Origin: an uncultured Gemmatimonadaceae bacterium
GTDB taxonomy: Bacteria > Gemmatimonadota > Gemmatimonadetes > Gemmatimonadales > Gemmatimonadaceae
Direction of reading: 5' to 3'
Assembly: GCA_963751275.1 (NCBI GenBank)
Contig: CAVVTZ010000007.1
Coordinates: 832,001-896,000 of the forward strand
DNA: 64,000 bases
Shown here: one piece after another, positions 8,257 to 19,089 of the stretch
How positions within the stretch are numbered: position 1 is the stretch's first letter
Layout: each line of letters opens with the position of its first letter
Notes under the pieces: model-generated
Seen by the model: only the letters and a program-made list of their open reading frames with translations
What the model was told of the DNA's origin: nothing
Databases searched by the model: none
Program-made: the position numbers and the translations under genes

Positions 8257-10077
8257 TCAGGCCGTTCTCCGCCGCAGCCGCCGCATCCTCCGCCGAAAGA
8301 GCCGCAACTGCGCGACCACCTGGCCCGCCTCGCGCACCTGCTCGTCGTCGCGCAGTTCGCTCCAGGCGGTCGCGATCGCCGCGCCGTCGATCATCCCGAG
8401 CAGCTTCTCCGGCTCCTTGCGGCTCACCACCGGCAGCTGCTTGACACCGTGCGACAGCATCGTGCTCATGGCCTCATCCAACAGCTCCTCCGGATGCGCG
8501 ACCACAAGGCGCAATGTGCCCACCTCGAGCGCGGTCGGCTCGGCGTCGTGCGAAGCCGCGGCCGCGCGCGACAGATCGCCCCGCGTGAGGATGCCGGCGA
8601 GCGCGCCTTGGTCCGTCACGAGGGGCCACGCGTGCACCCGGCTCAGCACCGGATCCTCGTGCAGCAGGCGGCGGAGGAGGGCGTCGATGTGCATCGCGGC
8701 CGGGACCACGGTGTCCGCCGGGCGCATCACGTCCTCGACGCGGAAGAGCGCGAGCGGGTTGACGGCGTACTCGCGCAGCACGTGATGCCCGCGCCGCGCG
8801 ACCTTCTCGGTGAGGATCGATCGCCGCATGATGAGCACGGTGACGGCGTGCGCGGCGGCGCACGCGAGCAGCAGTCCGCCGATGAGATTGATGTCGTGCG
8901 TGAGTTCGAGCAGGAACACGATGGCAGTGAGCGGCGATCGCATCGTGCCGCCCATCACGGCCGCCATGCTGATGATCGCCCAGACTCCCGGATCGCCGCC
9001 CGGCAGCACGGGGGCCTCGAGCGCGCCGAGCGCGCCGCCCATGATCAGCAATGGCGCGAGCACGCCGCCGGACGTGCCCGAGCCGAGCGCCACGGCCCAC
9101 ATGATCGCCTTCGCGATGAGGAGCGCGAGCACGACGCCCCCAACGAGATTCCCCGCGAAGAGATCGCGGATCACGTCGTAGCCGACGCCGAGCGCGCGCG
9201 GCGCGATGAGGCCGCCCACGCCGACCACGATCCCGCCGATCGCCGGCCACCACATCCAGTGGATGGGCAATTTCATGAAGCCGTCCTCGCACGCGTAGAC
9301 GAGCGCGGTGAGCAGCGCGGCGGCCAGTCCCGCCGCGACGCCCACGACGAGCGCGGCGCCGAGCCCCCCAGCGGGGAGCGCATCGTGCTGTGCACGGGGA
9401 AGACCGCGCCCGCGCCGAGCAGCGGCACACGCAGTGCGGCGCCGACGGTCGCGGCGATCGCGACCGGCACCAGGCTGCGCGGCTTCCATTCGAACAGCAG
9501 CAGTTCGACGGCGAGCAGCACCGCGGCGACGCGGCGCGGCGAAGATCGCGGCCATGCCGGCGGCGGCGCCGCCACCAGCAGCGTCTTCCGCTCGCTGTTC
9601 GAGAGATGGAACGCCTGCGCGAAGACCGATCCGAGTGCGGCGCCGGTCATGATGATCGGCCCCTCGGCGCCGAACGGTCCGCCCGTGCCGATCGCGATCG
9701 CCGAGGAGAGCGGCTTGAGGATCGCGACTCGCGCGCTCAGGCGGCTCTGCCCGATCAGGATGGATTCCATGCGCCTCGGGGATCCCGTGGCCGCGGATCT
9801 TCTCGGAGCCGTATCGTGCCAGGACCCCGATGATCAGCCCGCCCACCACCGGCACGCCGACGGCCCACAGGCCGAGGTGATTGCCGCCGGGCGTGAGGTC
9901 GGTGGCGGCGAAGCGGTGGAAGTACGCGATGGACGTGATGAGCGCGATCAGCCGGACCAGCACGGCCGCCGCGAGCGCGCCCATCGCGCCGATGACCGCT
10001 GCCATCGCCGCGATGAGCAGCATGCGCGGGCGGGCGGTGAAGTCGCCGAGCCGGTCGCGGGCGTGGGAGACGGACAT
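8257..10077 (-). CDS. ClC-family chloride channel/antiporter with CBS domains (apparent indels near 9770, 9550 and 9390)
   Basis: GHGIPE, GGPFGAEGP (in the alternate frame 9273-9770), GTSGGVLAP, C-terminal CBS pair. Confidence 0.88.
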   Translation of the reverse strand: MSVSHARDRLGDFTARPRMLLIAAMAAVIGAMGALAAAVLVRLIALITSIAYFHRFAATDLTPGGNHLGLWAVGVPVVGGLIIGVLARYGSEKIRGHGIPEAHGIHPDRAEPPERASRDPQAALLGDRDRHGRTVRRRGADHHDRRRTRIGLRAGVPSLEQRAEDAAGGGAAAGMAAIFAAPRRRGAARRRTAAVRMEAAQPGAGRDRRDRRRRTACAAARRGRGLPRAQHDALPAGGLGAALVVGVAAGLAAALLTALVYACEDGFMKLPIHWMWWPAIGGIVVGVGGLIAPRALGVGYDVIRDLFAGNLVGGVVLALLIAKAIMWAVALGSGTSGGVLAPLLIMGGALGALEAPVLPGGDPGVWAIISMAAVMGGTMRSPLTAIVFLLELTHDINLIGGLLLACAAAHAVTVLIMRRSILTEKVARRGHHVLREYAVNPLALFRVEDVMRPADTVVPAAMHIDALLRRLLHEDPVLSRVHAWPLVTDQGALAGILTRGDLSRAAAASHDAEPTALEVGTLRLVVAHPEELLDEAMSTMLSHGVKQLPVVSRKEPEKLLGMIDGAAIATAWSELRDDEQVREAGQVVAQLRLFRRRMRRLRRRTA

Positions 10078-10586
10078 CAGCGTACGGGGCGCCGCTTGCG
10101 CGGCTCCTCGAACATCAGTGCGGGCTCGCGCGGAGCGAGTTTCATCGTGCGGGCGAGCGCGGCGAGGCCGCGGGCGAGCGCCCGGGCCTGGGCGGGGGTG
10201 AGGCGCTCGATTCCCAGGACAAGCTGTGCCAGCGGCGGCGCCGGCGCATGCCGCACCAGCTGCCGGCCCGCGGAGGTGACCGTGACGAGCACGCGCCGGC
10301 GATCGGTGGACGCTCGCACTTTCGAGACGAGGCGGCTGGCGACGAGGCGGTTCACCACCGTGGACACGGTGCTCTGGTCCGTGCGCGCGCGCTCGGCGAG
10401 CGCGTTCACCGTGAGCGGCCCCTCCTCGGAGAGGCGCTGGAGCAGGAAGAGCTGGGCGTTCGTGATGCCGGTGCGGTGCTCCACCGTTCGGGCGGAGCGC
10501 CGGAGCGTGTCCACGAGCAGGCGGAGGTGGGCGAGCGATCGCATCCGGTCGGCGCGGAGGGCAGGGGAGGCGGGGGAACGTTTCAC
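10077..10586 (-). CDS. MarR-family regulator
   Basis: GITNAQLFLL, LAERARTDQSTVSTVVNRL, DRRRVLVTVT. Overlaps the clc start. Confidence 0.88.
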   Translation of the reverse strand: MKRSPASPALRADRMRSLAHLRLLVDTLRRSARTVEHRTGITNAQLFLLQRLSEEGPLTVNALAERARTDQSTVSTVVNRLVASRLVSKVRASTDRRRVLVTVTSAGRQLVRHAPAPPLAQLVLGIERLTPAQARALARGLAALARTMKLAPREPALMFEEPRKRRPVR

Positions 10587-10625
10587 GCGAGCAGGTGTCG
10601 GAATGGTAATGAGCGCCGGGGCGAC

Positions 10626-10649
10626 ATATATATTGACATCAATATATAT
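10626..10649. promoter_or_regulatory. AT-rich 11-bp inverted repeat containing TTGACA; probable operator in the marR/pal divergent region
   Basis: ATATATATTGA-ca-TCAATATATAT. Confidence 0.6.
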
Positions 10650-10714
10650 ATATTCCTGTGCGCCGGCCGGCCACCGCCGGCATCCGCCTTCACCCCCAGA
10701 GGAGGTCGATCCCC

Positions 10715-11302
10715 ATGATCCGCCATGACTCCCGCGCCGCGCTGCGGCTTGCCGCGCTCACCATCCTGTGCGCCGGCGGCGCCGCGTGCGCGCATCACCC
10801 GCCGCCGCAGCTGGCCGCCACACCGGCGCCGGCGCCCGCGGCGACACCGAAGCACTCCACGGCGTGGGAGGACTCGGTGGTCCTCGCGAAGATGGCCGCC
10901 GACCGGCACGCCGCCGAGATCGCCCGCGCCGCCGCACGCGACACGCTCAGCATGATGACCTTCTTCTCCTTCGATCAAGCCGTGCTCTCGGATCAGGACC
11001 GCGCCCTGCTCGATGCGAAACTCGCGATCCTGCAGGCGCATCCCGACCTGCAGATCCGTATCGCCGGCGACGCTGATGACCGCGGGTCCGAGGAGTACAA
11101 CCTCGCGCTCGGCCAGCGTCGTGCCGCGGCCGCCAAACGGTACCTGGTGGACCACGGCATCAGCGATTCGCGCATCCAGATCGTCAGCTACGGGCTGGAA
11201 CGCCCGGTGGCGAAGGGCGAGACGGAGCAGGCGTGGGCGATGAACCGGAACGACCAGTTCCTGGTGATCGCGGGGCAGTTGGGCGGGAGCGGGACCGACT
11301 GA
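10715..11302 (+). CDS. pal: OmpA-family peptidoglycan-associated lipoprotein (Pal-like)
   Basis: GGAGG RBS, lipobox-like AAC, FFSFDQA, DDRGSEEYNLALGQRRA, VSYGLERP, NR. Confidence 0.85.
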   Translation: MIRHDSRAALRLAALTILCAGGAACAHHPPPQLAATPAPAPAATPKHSTAWEDSVVLAKMAADRHAAEIARAAARDTLSMMTFFSFDQAVLSDQDRALLDAKLAILQAHPDLQIRIAGDADDRGSEEYNLALGQRRAAAAKRYLVDHGISDSRIQIVSYGLERPVAKGETEQAWAMNRNDQFLVIAGQLGGSGTD

Positions 11303-11315
11303 GCAATCCCGCAAT

Positions 11316-11354
11316 GACGAAGGCCGCCCCCAACGGGGGCGGCCTTCGTCGTTT
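11316..11354 (+). terminator. Intrinsic terminator-like hairpin between pal and the tRNA
   Basis: gacgaaggccgccccc-aac-gggggcggccttcgtc followed by gttt. Confidence 0.75.
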
Positions 11355-11366
11355 CCGTGCTGTGAG

Positions 11367-11440
11367 CTCCCGAGGAGGGACTCGAACCCCCGACCTAGTG
11401 ATTAACAGTCACCCGCTCTGACCAGCTGAGCTACTCGGGA
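11367..11440 (-). tRNA. tRNA-Asn (GTT)
   Basis: TCCCGAG acceptor stem, TAGCTCAG.TGG D-arm, GTGAC-TGTTAA-TCAC anticodon arm, GGTTCGAGTCC T-arm. CCA is not encoded. Confidence 0.96.
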
Positions 11441-11476
11441 TTGGGAGGGGAAGTCTAGTCGCGAACAAGGGCGAAA

Positions 11477-14381
11477 TCAAGAAAAACGGGCGTCAACTGG
11501 CGACTGGCGACTGTTGCCAACGGGTCGAGTTTCGCGCGGCGGAATCGGCTTTGAGTCCAACACAGTGCGCAGCCAGCGGCCGGTGTGGGAGGTCTCGACC
11601 AAGGCCACCTCTTCCGGGCGGCCCATCGCGACGACGTTCCCGCCGCCGGCGCCGGCTTCGGGGCCGAGGTCAATGACCCAATCGGCCAACTTGATCACGT
11701 CCAGGTTGTGCTCGATCACGACCAGCGTGTGGCCGTGGTCCACCAGACGCTCGAAGACGCGCGCGAGTTTCTTGATGTCGTCCAGGTGAAGTCCGGTAGT
11801 GGGCTCATCCATGATGTACAGTTTGCGCCCCTGCGCGCGGCCGCTCGTCGCGAGTTCGCGCGCGATCTTTATTCGCTGGCTCTCGCCGCCGCTGAGCGTC
11901 GGTGCGGGCTGGCCGAGGCGCAGGTAGCCGAGTCCCACCTGCTGCAGCTGCCAGAGTGCCTGGCCGAGCTTCTCCTCGCGCGGGAAGAAGCGGATCGCTT
12001 CGTCCACCGTGAGCTGCAGGATGTCGTAGATGTTGCGGCCGTTCACCTTCACTTCGAGGACACTCGGCTTGAAGCGTTTGCCGCCGCATTCATCGCACGG
12101 CACGTAGACGTCGGCCATGAAGACCATCTCGATCTGGATCTGGCCGGCGCCCTCGCACACGTCGCAGCGGCCGCCTTTCACGTTGAAGCTGAAGGTGCCG
12201 GCGCTGAAGCGTTTCTGTCGGCTGAGCGGCTGCGCGGCGAAGATGCGGCGCACTTCGTCCCAGGCCTTCACGTAGGTGACGGGATTCGAGCGCGGGCTTT
12301 TGCCGATGGGGCTCTGATCGACGAGCACGACATCTTCGAGCGTCTCCCAGCCGGTGATGCTGCCGAATGCGCCGATGATCTCGCCGAGGTGCTGCTTGGC
12401 GGTGCTCTCGCCGCGCAGGCGATTCTCGAGGGCGCGATAGAGGACGTCGTGGATCAAGGTGCTCTTGCCGCTGCCGCTGACGCCGGTGACCACGGTCATC
12501 GCGTTGAGCGGGAACTTCGCGGTCACATCCTTCAAGTTGTGTTCACGCGCACCGCTCACGGTGAGCCAGGAGCGAAGTGGGGCTCGGGAGTCGGGAGTCG
12601 GGATTCGCTCTTGGCCGCTGAGATACTTTCCGGTGAGCGGGCTCTGCGCGGCGTCGGAGATCGGGCCGGAAAAAACAACCCTTCCTCCGTTCTCACCGCT
12701 GCCGGGGCCGAGTTCCACCATGTGGTCGGCGGCGCGGATCGCTTCGAGGTCGTGCTCGACCACGATCACGGTGTTGCCATCATCGCGCAGGCGGGCGAGC
12801 AGCTTCAGCAGGCGGCTCACGTCGCGCGGATGGAGGCCGATGCTCGGCTCGTCGAGCACGTACAGTGCGTCCACGAGATGCGCGCCGAGGGAGTTCGCGA
12901 GGGCGATGCGCTGCGCCTCGCCGCCGGAGAGCGTGCGCGTGGCGCGGTCGAGCGACAGGTAGCCGAGTCCGACGTCCACGAGGAAGCGCGTGCGGGCGCG
13001 CGCTTCGCGCAGGATGTGCGTCGCGATCTGCTGCTCGAAGTCGGAGAGCTTGAGAGCCGGTGATCCACGCATCGAGCGCGTCCACCGGCAGCGCGCTGAT
13101 CTCCGCGATGTTCTTGCCGGCGACGCGCACATTGAGCGCGGCGGGCTGCAGGCGCGCGCCGTGACAATCGCGGCAGACCTGGGCGAGCTGGTATTGGCGG
13201 AGGAAGACGCGGATGTACTGCTTGTATTTCTTGGGCGCGAGATCCTCGAGGAAGGGGATGATCCCCTTGTAGCCGCGCGTGCGGGCGTGGAAGAGCTGGC
13301 GGCGCTGATCGGCGGTGAGATCGCGCCAGGGCGTATCGAAGGGGATGCTCTCCTTCTTGGCGAAGGCGGCGAGGGCGGCGCGCCGGCCGTCGTAGCGCGG
13401 CTTGGTCCACGGATCGATCGCGCCGTCGCGCAGCGTGCGCTCGGGGTGGGGGACGATGAGTTGCTCGTCGTACTCGAGGGTGGCGCCGAAGCCGTTGCAG
13501 GTGGGGCAGGCGCCTCGCGGATTGTTGAAGCTGAATAGTTGAGGTGAGGGGGTGGGAGCCTTTCCGTGGCCCTCGGGACACTCGAAGTGAGTGGTGAACC
13601 GAATACGACTGCCGGCTGTCGGCTGGCGGCTGTCGGTGCCAGCCGCAACGACGAGTGCCATCGCGTCGCCGTCGCCTTCGGCGAAGGCGGTGCTCAGGGC
13701 GTCGGCGAGGCGGCGGGTCGTGTCTTGGAGTGTGGCAGGATCAGTCGGCACCTGCAAACGGTCCACCACGATCAACAGTTCCTTCGCGGCGGTGAGGTCG
13801 TCGGTCTCGGTCAGCTCATCGAGGTGCTTCAGGGCGCCGTCCTGCACGACGCGCACGAAGCCCTGGGCGCGGAGGCCCTCCACCACCTGGGCGTGTGTCA
13901 CCTGGTCGCTCAGGCGCAGGGGGAACGCGATCGAGAAGCGCGTGCCGGGGTCGAGCGTGAGCAGGCGATCGGTGACGGTCTGGACGCTGTCGGGCTTCAG
14001 TTCGCGGCCGCAGACGGCGCAGTACGTGTGCCCCGTGCGCGCCCACAGGAGGCGCAGGAAGTCATAGATCTCGGTGGCGGTGCCGACGGTGGAACGCGAG
14101 GTGCGCGTCGGGTTCTTCTGTTCGATGGCGACGGCGGGGGAGAGGCCGTCAATGAAATCGACGTCGGGCTTCTCCATGCGCTCCAGGAACTGGCGCGCGT
14201 ACGCCGAGAGCGACTCGACGTAACGCCGCTGCCCCTCGGCGTAGATCGTGTCGAAGGCGAGCGAGCTCTTGCCCGACCCGGACGGCCCGGTGATGACCGT
14301 GATCGCGCGCCGGGGGATGTCGACGCTGATCCCCTGGAGGTTGTGCTGGCGCGCGCCGCGGATGATCAGGTGGGACTTCAT
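11477..14381 (-). CDS. uvrA: Excinuclease ABC subunit A (one apparent frameshift near 13050-13070)
   Basis: GARQHNL, GPSGSGKSSLAFDTIYAEGQRRYVESLS, LSGGEAQRI, second GVSGSGKST, zinc fingers. Confidence 0.95.
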
Positions 14382-14393
14382 GCTTTCAAGTTA

Positions 14394-14479
14394 ACTACAG
14401 ACTTGGACTCTAGACTTAGACTTAGAAGGCGGGAAAAGGCGGTAGTCTAAAGTCTCAGTCTAGAGTCCAAGTCTGTAGT
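14394..14479. repeat. Family-D palindrome with hexamer-repeat arms, copy 1
   Basis: actacagacttggactctagact...agtctagagtccaagtctgtagt, with a 23-bp perfect outer stem. Confidence 0.9.
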
Positions 14480-14570
14480 ACAGGCTCCTTGCCGTGAGCT
14501 ACGCCGACAAATAGTTTCGAGTTGCGGCGCGCGCCCCCCGGGTGCGCGCTTTCACGCCTGCCTGGTGCTG

Positions 14571-15839
14571 ATGCCGTATATCAAGCTCGAGGGACAGCAA
14601 TTTCCACTGGTCGCCGGCGAGAATGCCGTCGGCACGGGGAGCGACGCCCAGATCCGGCTGGCCGGGGGCGGCGCGGCGGGCGTGTTCGCGCGGGTGGTGG
14701 TGGGCGCGGACGGTGAGGCGGTGGTGTGGCGCGGCGGCAATGAGGCGGTGAAGGTGAATGGCGTCGCGCTCGGTGCGGAACCGTCGCCCTTGCTGCACGG
14801 CGACCGGATCGAGATCGGGGGGCGGGAGCTCTTCTTCGGCGATGACAGGAAGGCGGGGAACACGCAGTACGTTCCCAACGTGAAGCTCCCGACGCCGGGA
14901 GCTTCTGTTCCAATGGCCGCGCACAAGCCGACGGCGGCGACCGGCGGCCGGCTGATCTCCCTCATGGATGGACGCGAGTACGCGGTGCCGGTGGGCGGGC
15001 TGGTGCTTGGCCGCGATCCGACGTGCGACGTCGTCGTGAGTTCCACCGACGTGTCGCGCAAGCACGCGGTGATCGGCTCGTCGCCCGACGGCTACGTGCT
15101 GACGGACACGAGCACCAACGGCGTGACGGTGAACGGCGCGCGGATCACCGCGCCGGTGCGGCTGGGCAAGGGCGATCTGATCGTGGTGGGGACGGAGGAA
15201 TTCCGGTTCCACGCCGACAATCTCGCGCCGTCGGCGGGGCCGCGGGTGGTCGCGGCGGCGGAGCGCACCGTGCTCGGCACGCTCGCGGTGACCAGCTCGG
15301 GCGTGCTCAACGGGAAGTCGTTCGAAGTGCGCTCGCCGCTCACGCACATCGGGCGCGGCGCGCACAACGACATCGTGATCGCGGACGAGAGCATCTCCGA
15401 CTCGCACGTGAAGCTGCAGCGGCGCGAGTCCGGATGGTGGGTGGTGGACATGGATTCGACGAACGGCACCTACGTGGGCGGCAAGCGGATCAACGGCGAG
15501 CAGCAATTGGTGGGTGCGCCGGACCTGCGCCTGGGCGGTGTGAAGTTCATCTTTCGGGCATCCGAGGCGGAGGCGGGCGGCGCGGGTCAGACGCGCGCGA
15601 TCGCGGCGCTCAAGCCCGGTGAAGGGAAGGCGCGGAGTACGGTGAAGCAGCCGCCATCGGCGAAGACACCGTCGCAATCGGCGACGCCGCCGCGCGTGGG
15701 CGCGGTGACGAGCAAGGAACGGACGGAATCGCGGCCGGCGTTGCCGGCGTCGAAGGGACTGCCGGTGGCGATCTGGATCATCGGGGTATTGGCTCTGGGC
15801 GGGCTCGTCCTGTACCTCCTTTCAACCTCAGGTCGCTAG
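14571..15839 (+). CDS. Multi-FHA-domain protein with C-terminal membrane anchor
   Basis: GR...S..H...STNG motifs twice, a degenerate first FHA, and a hydrophobic C-terminus. Confidence 0.9.
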   Translation: MPYIKLEGQQFPLVAGENAVGTGSDAQIRLAGGGAAGVFARVVVGADGEAVVWRGGNEAVKVNGVALGAEPSPLLHGDRIEIGGRELFFGDDRKAGNTQYVPNVKLPTPGASVPMAAHKPTAATGGRLISLMDGREYAVPVGGLVLGRDPTCDVVVSSTDVSRKHAVIGSSPDGYVLTDTSTNGVTVNGARITAPVRLGKGDLIVVGTEEFRFHADNLAPSAGPRVVAAAERTVLGTLAVTSSGVLNGKSFEVRSPLTHIGRGAHNDIVIADESISDSHVKLQRRESGWWVVDMDSTNGTYVGGKRINGEQQLVGAPDLRLGGVKFIFRASEAEAGGAGQTRAIAALKPGEGKARSTVKQPPSAKTPSQSATPPRVGAVTSKERTESRPALPASKGLPVAIWIIGVLALGGLVLYLLSTSGR

Positions 15840-15840
15840 C

Positions 15841-16614
15841 GTGCAGCTGGAAGTCGGGCAGGCTACCAACGTCGGGATGATCCGGCCGGGCAACGAGGAC
15901 TCGCTGCACACGGACGTGCGCAACGGACTCTTCGTCGTGGCGGACGGCATGGGCGGCCATGCGGCGGGCGAGGTGGCGAGCGAGATGGCGGTGGGGATCA
16001 TCGCCGATGAGTTGCGGTCGGTGAAGGACATCGACGACAGCGTGATCGCGCAGGTGAACCAGGCGATGAAGCGCGCGAACCTCGCGATCTTCGAGCGCAC
16101 GCTCACCGAGGTGGACAAGCAGGGGATGGGCACCACCGCGTCGGTGCTGCTGCTGCGCGACGGGAAGTATCTCATCGGGCAGGTGGGCGATTCGCGCGTG
16201 TATCTGCTGCGCGAGGGCGTGCTGCACCAGTTGACGAAGGACCACTCGTACGTGCAGGAGCAGGTGGACGCGGGATTCCTGACGCCGGAGCAGGCGCGGT
16301 ACCATCCCTACTCGAACGTGATCACGCGCTGTGTGGGCGCCAGCGCGGATGTGGAGCCCGACACCTACACGGGCCCGGTGAAGCAGGGCGACACGTTCCT
16401 CGTCGCGAGCGATGGCCTCACGGGCATGGTGGACGACCGCCGCCTGCAGGTGCTGCTCAAGGCGCCGGCCAACGCGCAGCGCGTAGTGGATGCGCTGATC
16501 TCCGAGGCGAACGGCCGCGGCGGGCTCGACAACATCACGGCGATCGTGGTGCGGATCGCGAGCATCGACGGGGATAAGGTCATCACCCAAGAGACCGACG
16601 CCGTCACGACGTAG
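15841..16614 (+). CDS. Stp1/PrpC-like PP2C phosphatase
   Basis: R..NEDS, VADGMGGHAAGEVAS, VGDSR, SDGL, GGLDNIT. Confidence 0.95.
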   Translation: MQLEVGQATNVGMIRPGNEDSLHTDVRNGLFVVADGMGGHAAGEVASEMAVGIIADELRSVKDIDDSVIAQVNQAMKRANLAIFERTLTEVDKQGMGTTASVLLLRDGKYLIGQVGDSRVYLLREGVLHQLTKDHSYVQEQVDAGFLTPEQARYHPYSNVITRCVGASADVEPDTYTGPVKQGDTFLVASDGLTGMVDDRRLQVLLKAPANAQRVVDALISEANGRGGLDNITAIVVRIASIDGDKVITQETDAVTT

Positions 16615-16783
16615 ATAACGGCGCGTCTAGGCCCTAGTACCGCTTGAGCAGCGCGTCTGGCAACTGAGCGTATGGTACACCGAAGCGTGAGTCGCGCTGT
16701 TCCTACGCGCGCAGCGGTTTACCATACGCTGCCTTGCCAGACGCGCTGCTCAAGCGGTACTAGAGGCCTAGACGCGCCGTTAT
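16615..16783. repeat. Family-A palindromic element, copy 6 (diverged core)
   Basis: ataacggcgcgtctagg...cctagacgcgccgttat. Fills the gap between convergent genes and includes the TAA of the downstream gene. Confidence 0.92.
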
Positions 16784-19043
16784 TTCGTCCCGATCCGTTT
16801 CACCAGATCAGCGTACCTCGGATCCTTCCGCAGGGGCTCGTACGATGGATCGAGATGCAGGTACAGCAGGCCCGCCGACCGGTCCTGGTACGCGCGTTCG
16901 AGCGAGGCGAACGCGCGGTCGAGGTCGCCCATGGCCGCGTAGCCCATGGCGAGGACTTCGCCGCGCACGTACTGCTTCTGCGACTCGTCCTCGAGCCGCG
17001 CGAGAATCGCCTCCGCTTCCTCGCGGCGACCGAGCGCGGCCAACGCGCGCACGATCATCGCGTCGTACGAGCGAACGGGCGTCTCGAGGCCTGCGCGCGC
17101 CGGTACCACGTCGAGCGCCGTCTCGGCGTCGCCCATGCGCGAGGTGCGCCGAGCCGATGTAGAGCGGGGCGCGGAGGAGATCCTCGTCCAGCTCGATCGT
17201 CTTCTCGCCCTGCGCGATCGCCGCGTCGTAGTCCCTGCGCGTACAACAGGAATCGCGCGAGCCACTCGCTGTATGCGACCGAGAGCGGGTCGAGCGAGCA
17301 GCGCCTTGCGCATCGTCTCGATCCCGTCGTCCAGCCGCCCGACGCGAGGCAGCACCGATGCCGAGCACGTAGTGCGCTTCGGCGTAGTTCGGGCTCAGCG
17401 TCACGGCGCGCGCGAGCTGCTGCTCGGCGCTCCGCGAAGTTCCACTCGTGCCAGCACGAGGACCTTGCCGATCGAGGTGATCGCGTCGGCGAGTTCGGGG
17501 TCGCGCTGCAGCGCGCGCTCGGCGGCACGCCTTCGCCCGCGGGTAGGCGTCGTCGGGCGCCACCCAGTCGTCGGCGAGGTTGCACCAGACGTCGGCGATC
17601 CCCGCGTACGCGCGGGCGAAGCGCCGGATCCTGCAGCAGCGCGTGCTGGAAGAGATCGAGCGCCCTGCGCAGCCCGGGCTCCGTGAACTTGTTGAAGAAG
17701 AAGCGGCCCTTCAGGTAGAGCGTTGTACGCCTCGAGATTCTTCGTGGGCGACGACGAGCGGCGCGTCGTCGCCGCGCCAGGCGGAGCTTGAGCGCCTCCA
17801 CGATCGCGCGGGAGATCTCGTCCTGGATGGCGAACACATCCTCGAGCTGCCGGTCGTAGCGTCTCCGACCAGAGGTGATAGCCGTTCTCCACGTTGATCA
17901 GCTGCGCCGTGATGCGGATGCCGGTTGCCCGACCTTGCGCACGCTCCCCTCGAGCACGGACGCCGACGCCGAGCTTCTCGCCGATCTGCCGCACGTCCAC
18001 GTCCTTCCCCTTGAAGGCGAAGGAGCGACGTGCGCGAGGCGACCTGGATGCCGGGCACCTTGGCCGAGCGCGTTGATGATCTCCTCGGTCATGCCGTCGC
18101 TGAAATACTCGTTCTCGGGATCGGCGCTCATGTTCGCGAGCGGAAGCACGGCGATCGCCTTGGGCGCGGCGCTGCTCATGTCGCGGGGTGCGCTGCGGGC
18201 GCGGTGCCGCGTCGCGGCGATGGGCGCAGCGCCTCGGCGAACTCGGCCGCGGTCGGGATACCGGTCCACCGGCGTGCGCGCGAGCGCGCGAGTGACCGCG
18301 TCGTCCACCGCTTCCGGGCACGTCGCGCGTCGTTCGCACCTTGGGGATGGGCGAGACGAACCGCTTCGCGATGATCGCCTGCGGCCGTCGGGCCGGTGAA
18401 CGGCGGCTCGCCGGCCAGCATCTCGTAGAGCACGCAGCCGAGGCTGTAGAGATCGCTGCGGCCGTCGATCCGGCTCTCGCCGCGCGGCCTGCTCCGGGCT
18501 CATGTACGCCGGCGTCCCCATCGCCATGCCGGTCTGCGTGATGCGAGCCCTCGCTGCTCAGCGCCTTGCCGATGCCGAAGTCGGCGACCATCGCCGCGCC
18601 CTCGTGGAGCAGGATGTTCTCCGGCTTGATGTCCCGGTGCACCACGTCGTGGCGGTGCGCGTAGTCGAGCGCCGAGGCGACCTCGCGCGTGATCTGCAGC
18701 GCGTCTCGAGCGGCAGCTGCCGCTCCGCGTCGAGCCGCTCGCGCAGCGAGCGCCCTTCCATGTTCGGCATCACGTAGAAGAGCAGGCCGTCGGCCTCGCC
18801 GGAGTCGAACACCGGCAGGATGTGCGGGTGCGTGAGCCCCGCCGCCATCTTGATCTCGCGCAGGAACCGCTCGGCGCCGATCTCGGCCGAGATCTCGGGG
18901 CGCAGCACCTTCAGCGCCACCTGGCGGTCGTGGCGGAGATCGTGCGCGAGGTACACGATGGCCATGCCGCCCTCGCCGAGCTCGCGGTCGAGGGTGTAAC
19001 GGCCCGCGAGGGCGGGAGAGAGGCGGCTTTGCAGGGGATTCAT
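16780..19043 (-). CDS. Hanks-type Ser/Thr kinase with TolB-like and TPR regions, broken by many indels
   Basis: [66 protein letters not shown] and TPR-like fragments spread over several frames. Confidence 0.88.
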
Positions 19044-19089
19044 CGCGCCGTAGAGATGCATCGCCACGCATGACGTGGCGAGTGGCCAG

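Noticed and set aside
1..11440. Accessory region as a tRNA-Asn-integrated genomic island or prophage
   Set aside because: No integrase, phage gene or duplicated tRNA 3' end is visible, and composition resembles the rest of the window. The left boundary lies outside the window, so this is not fully excluded.
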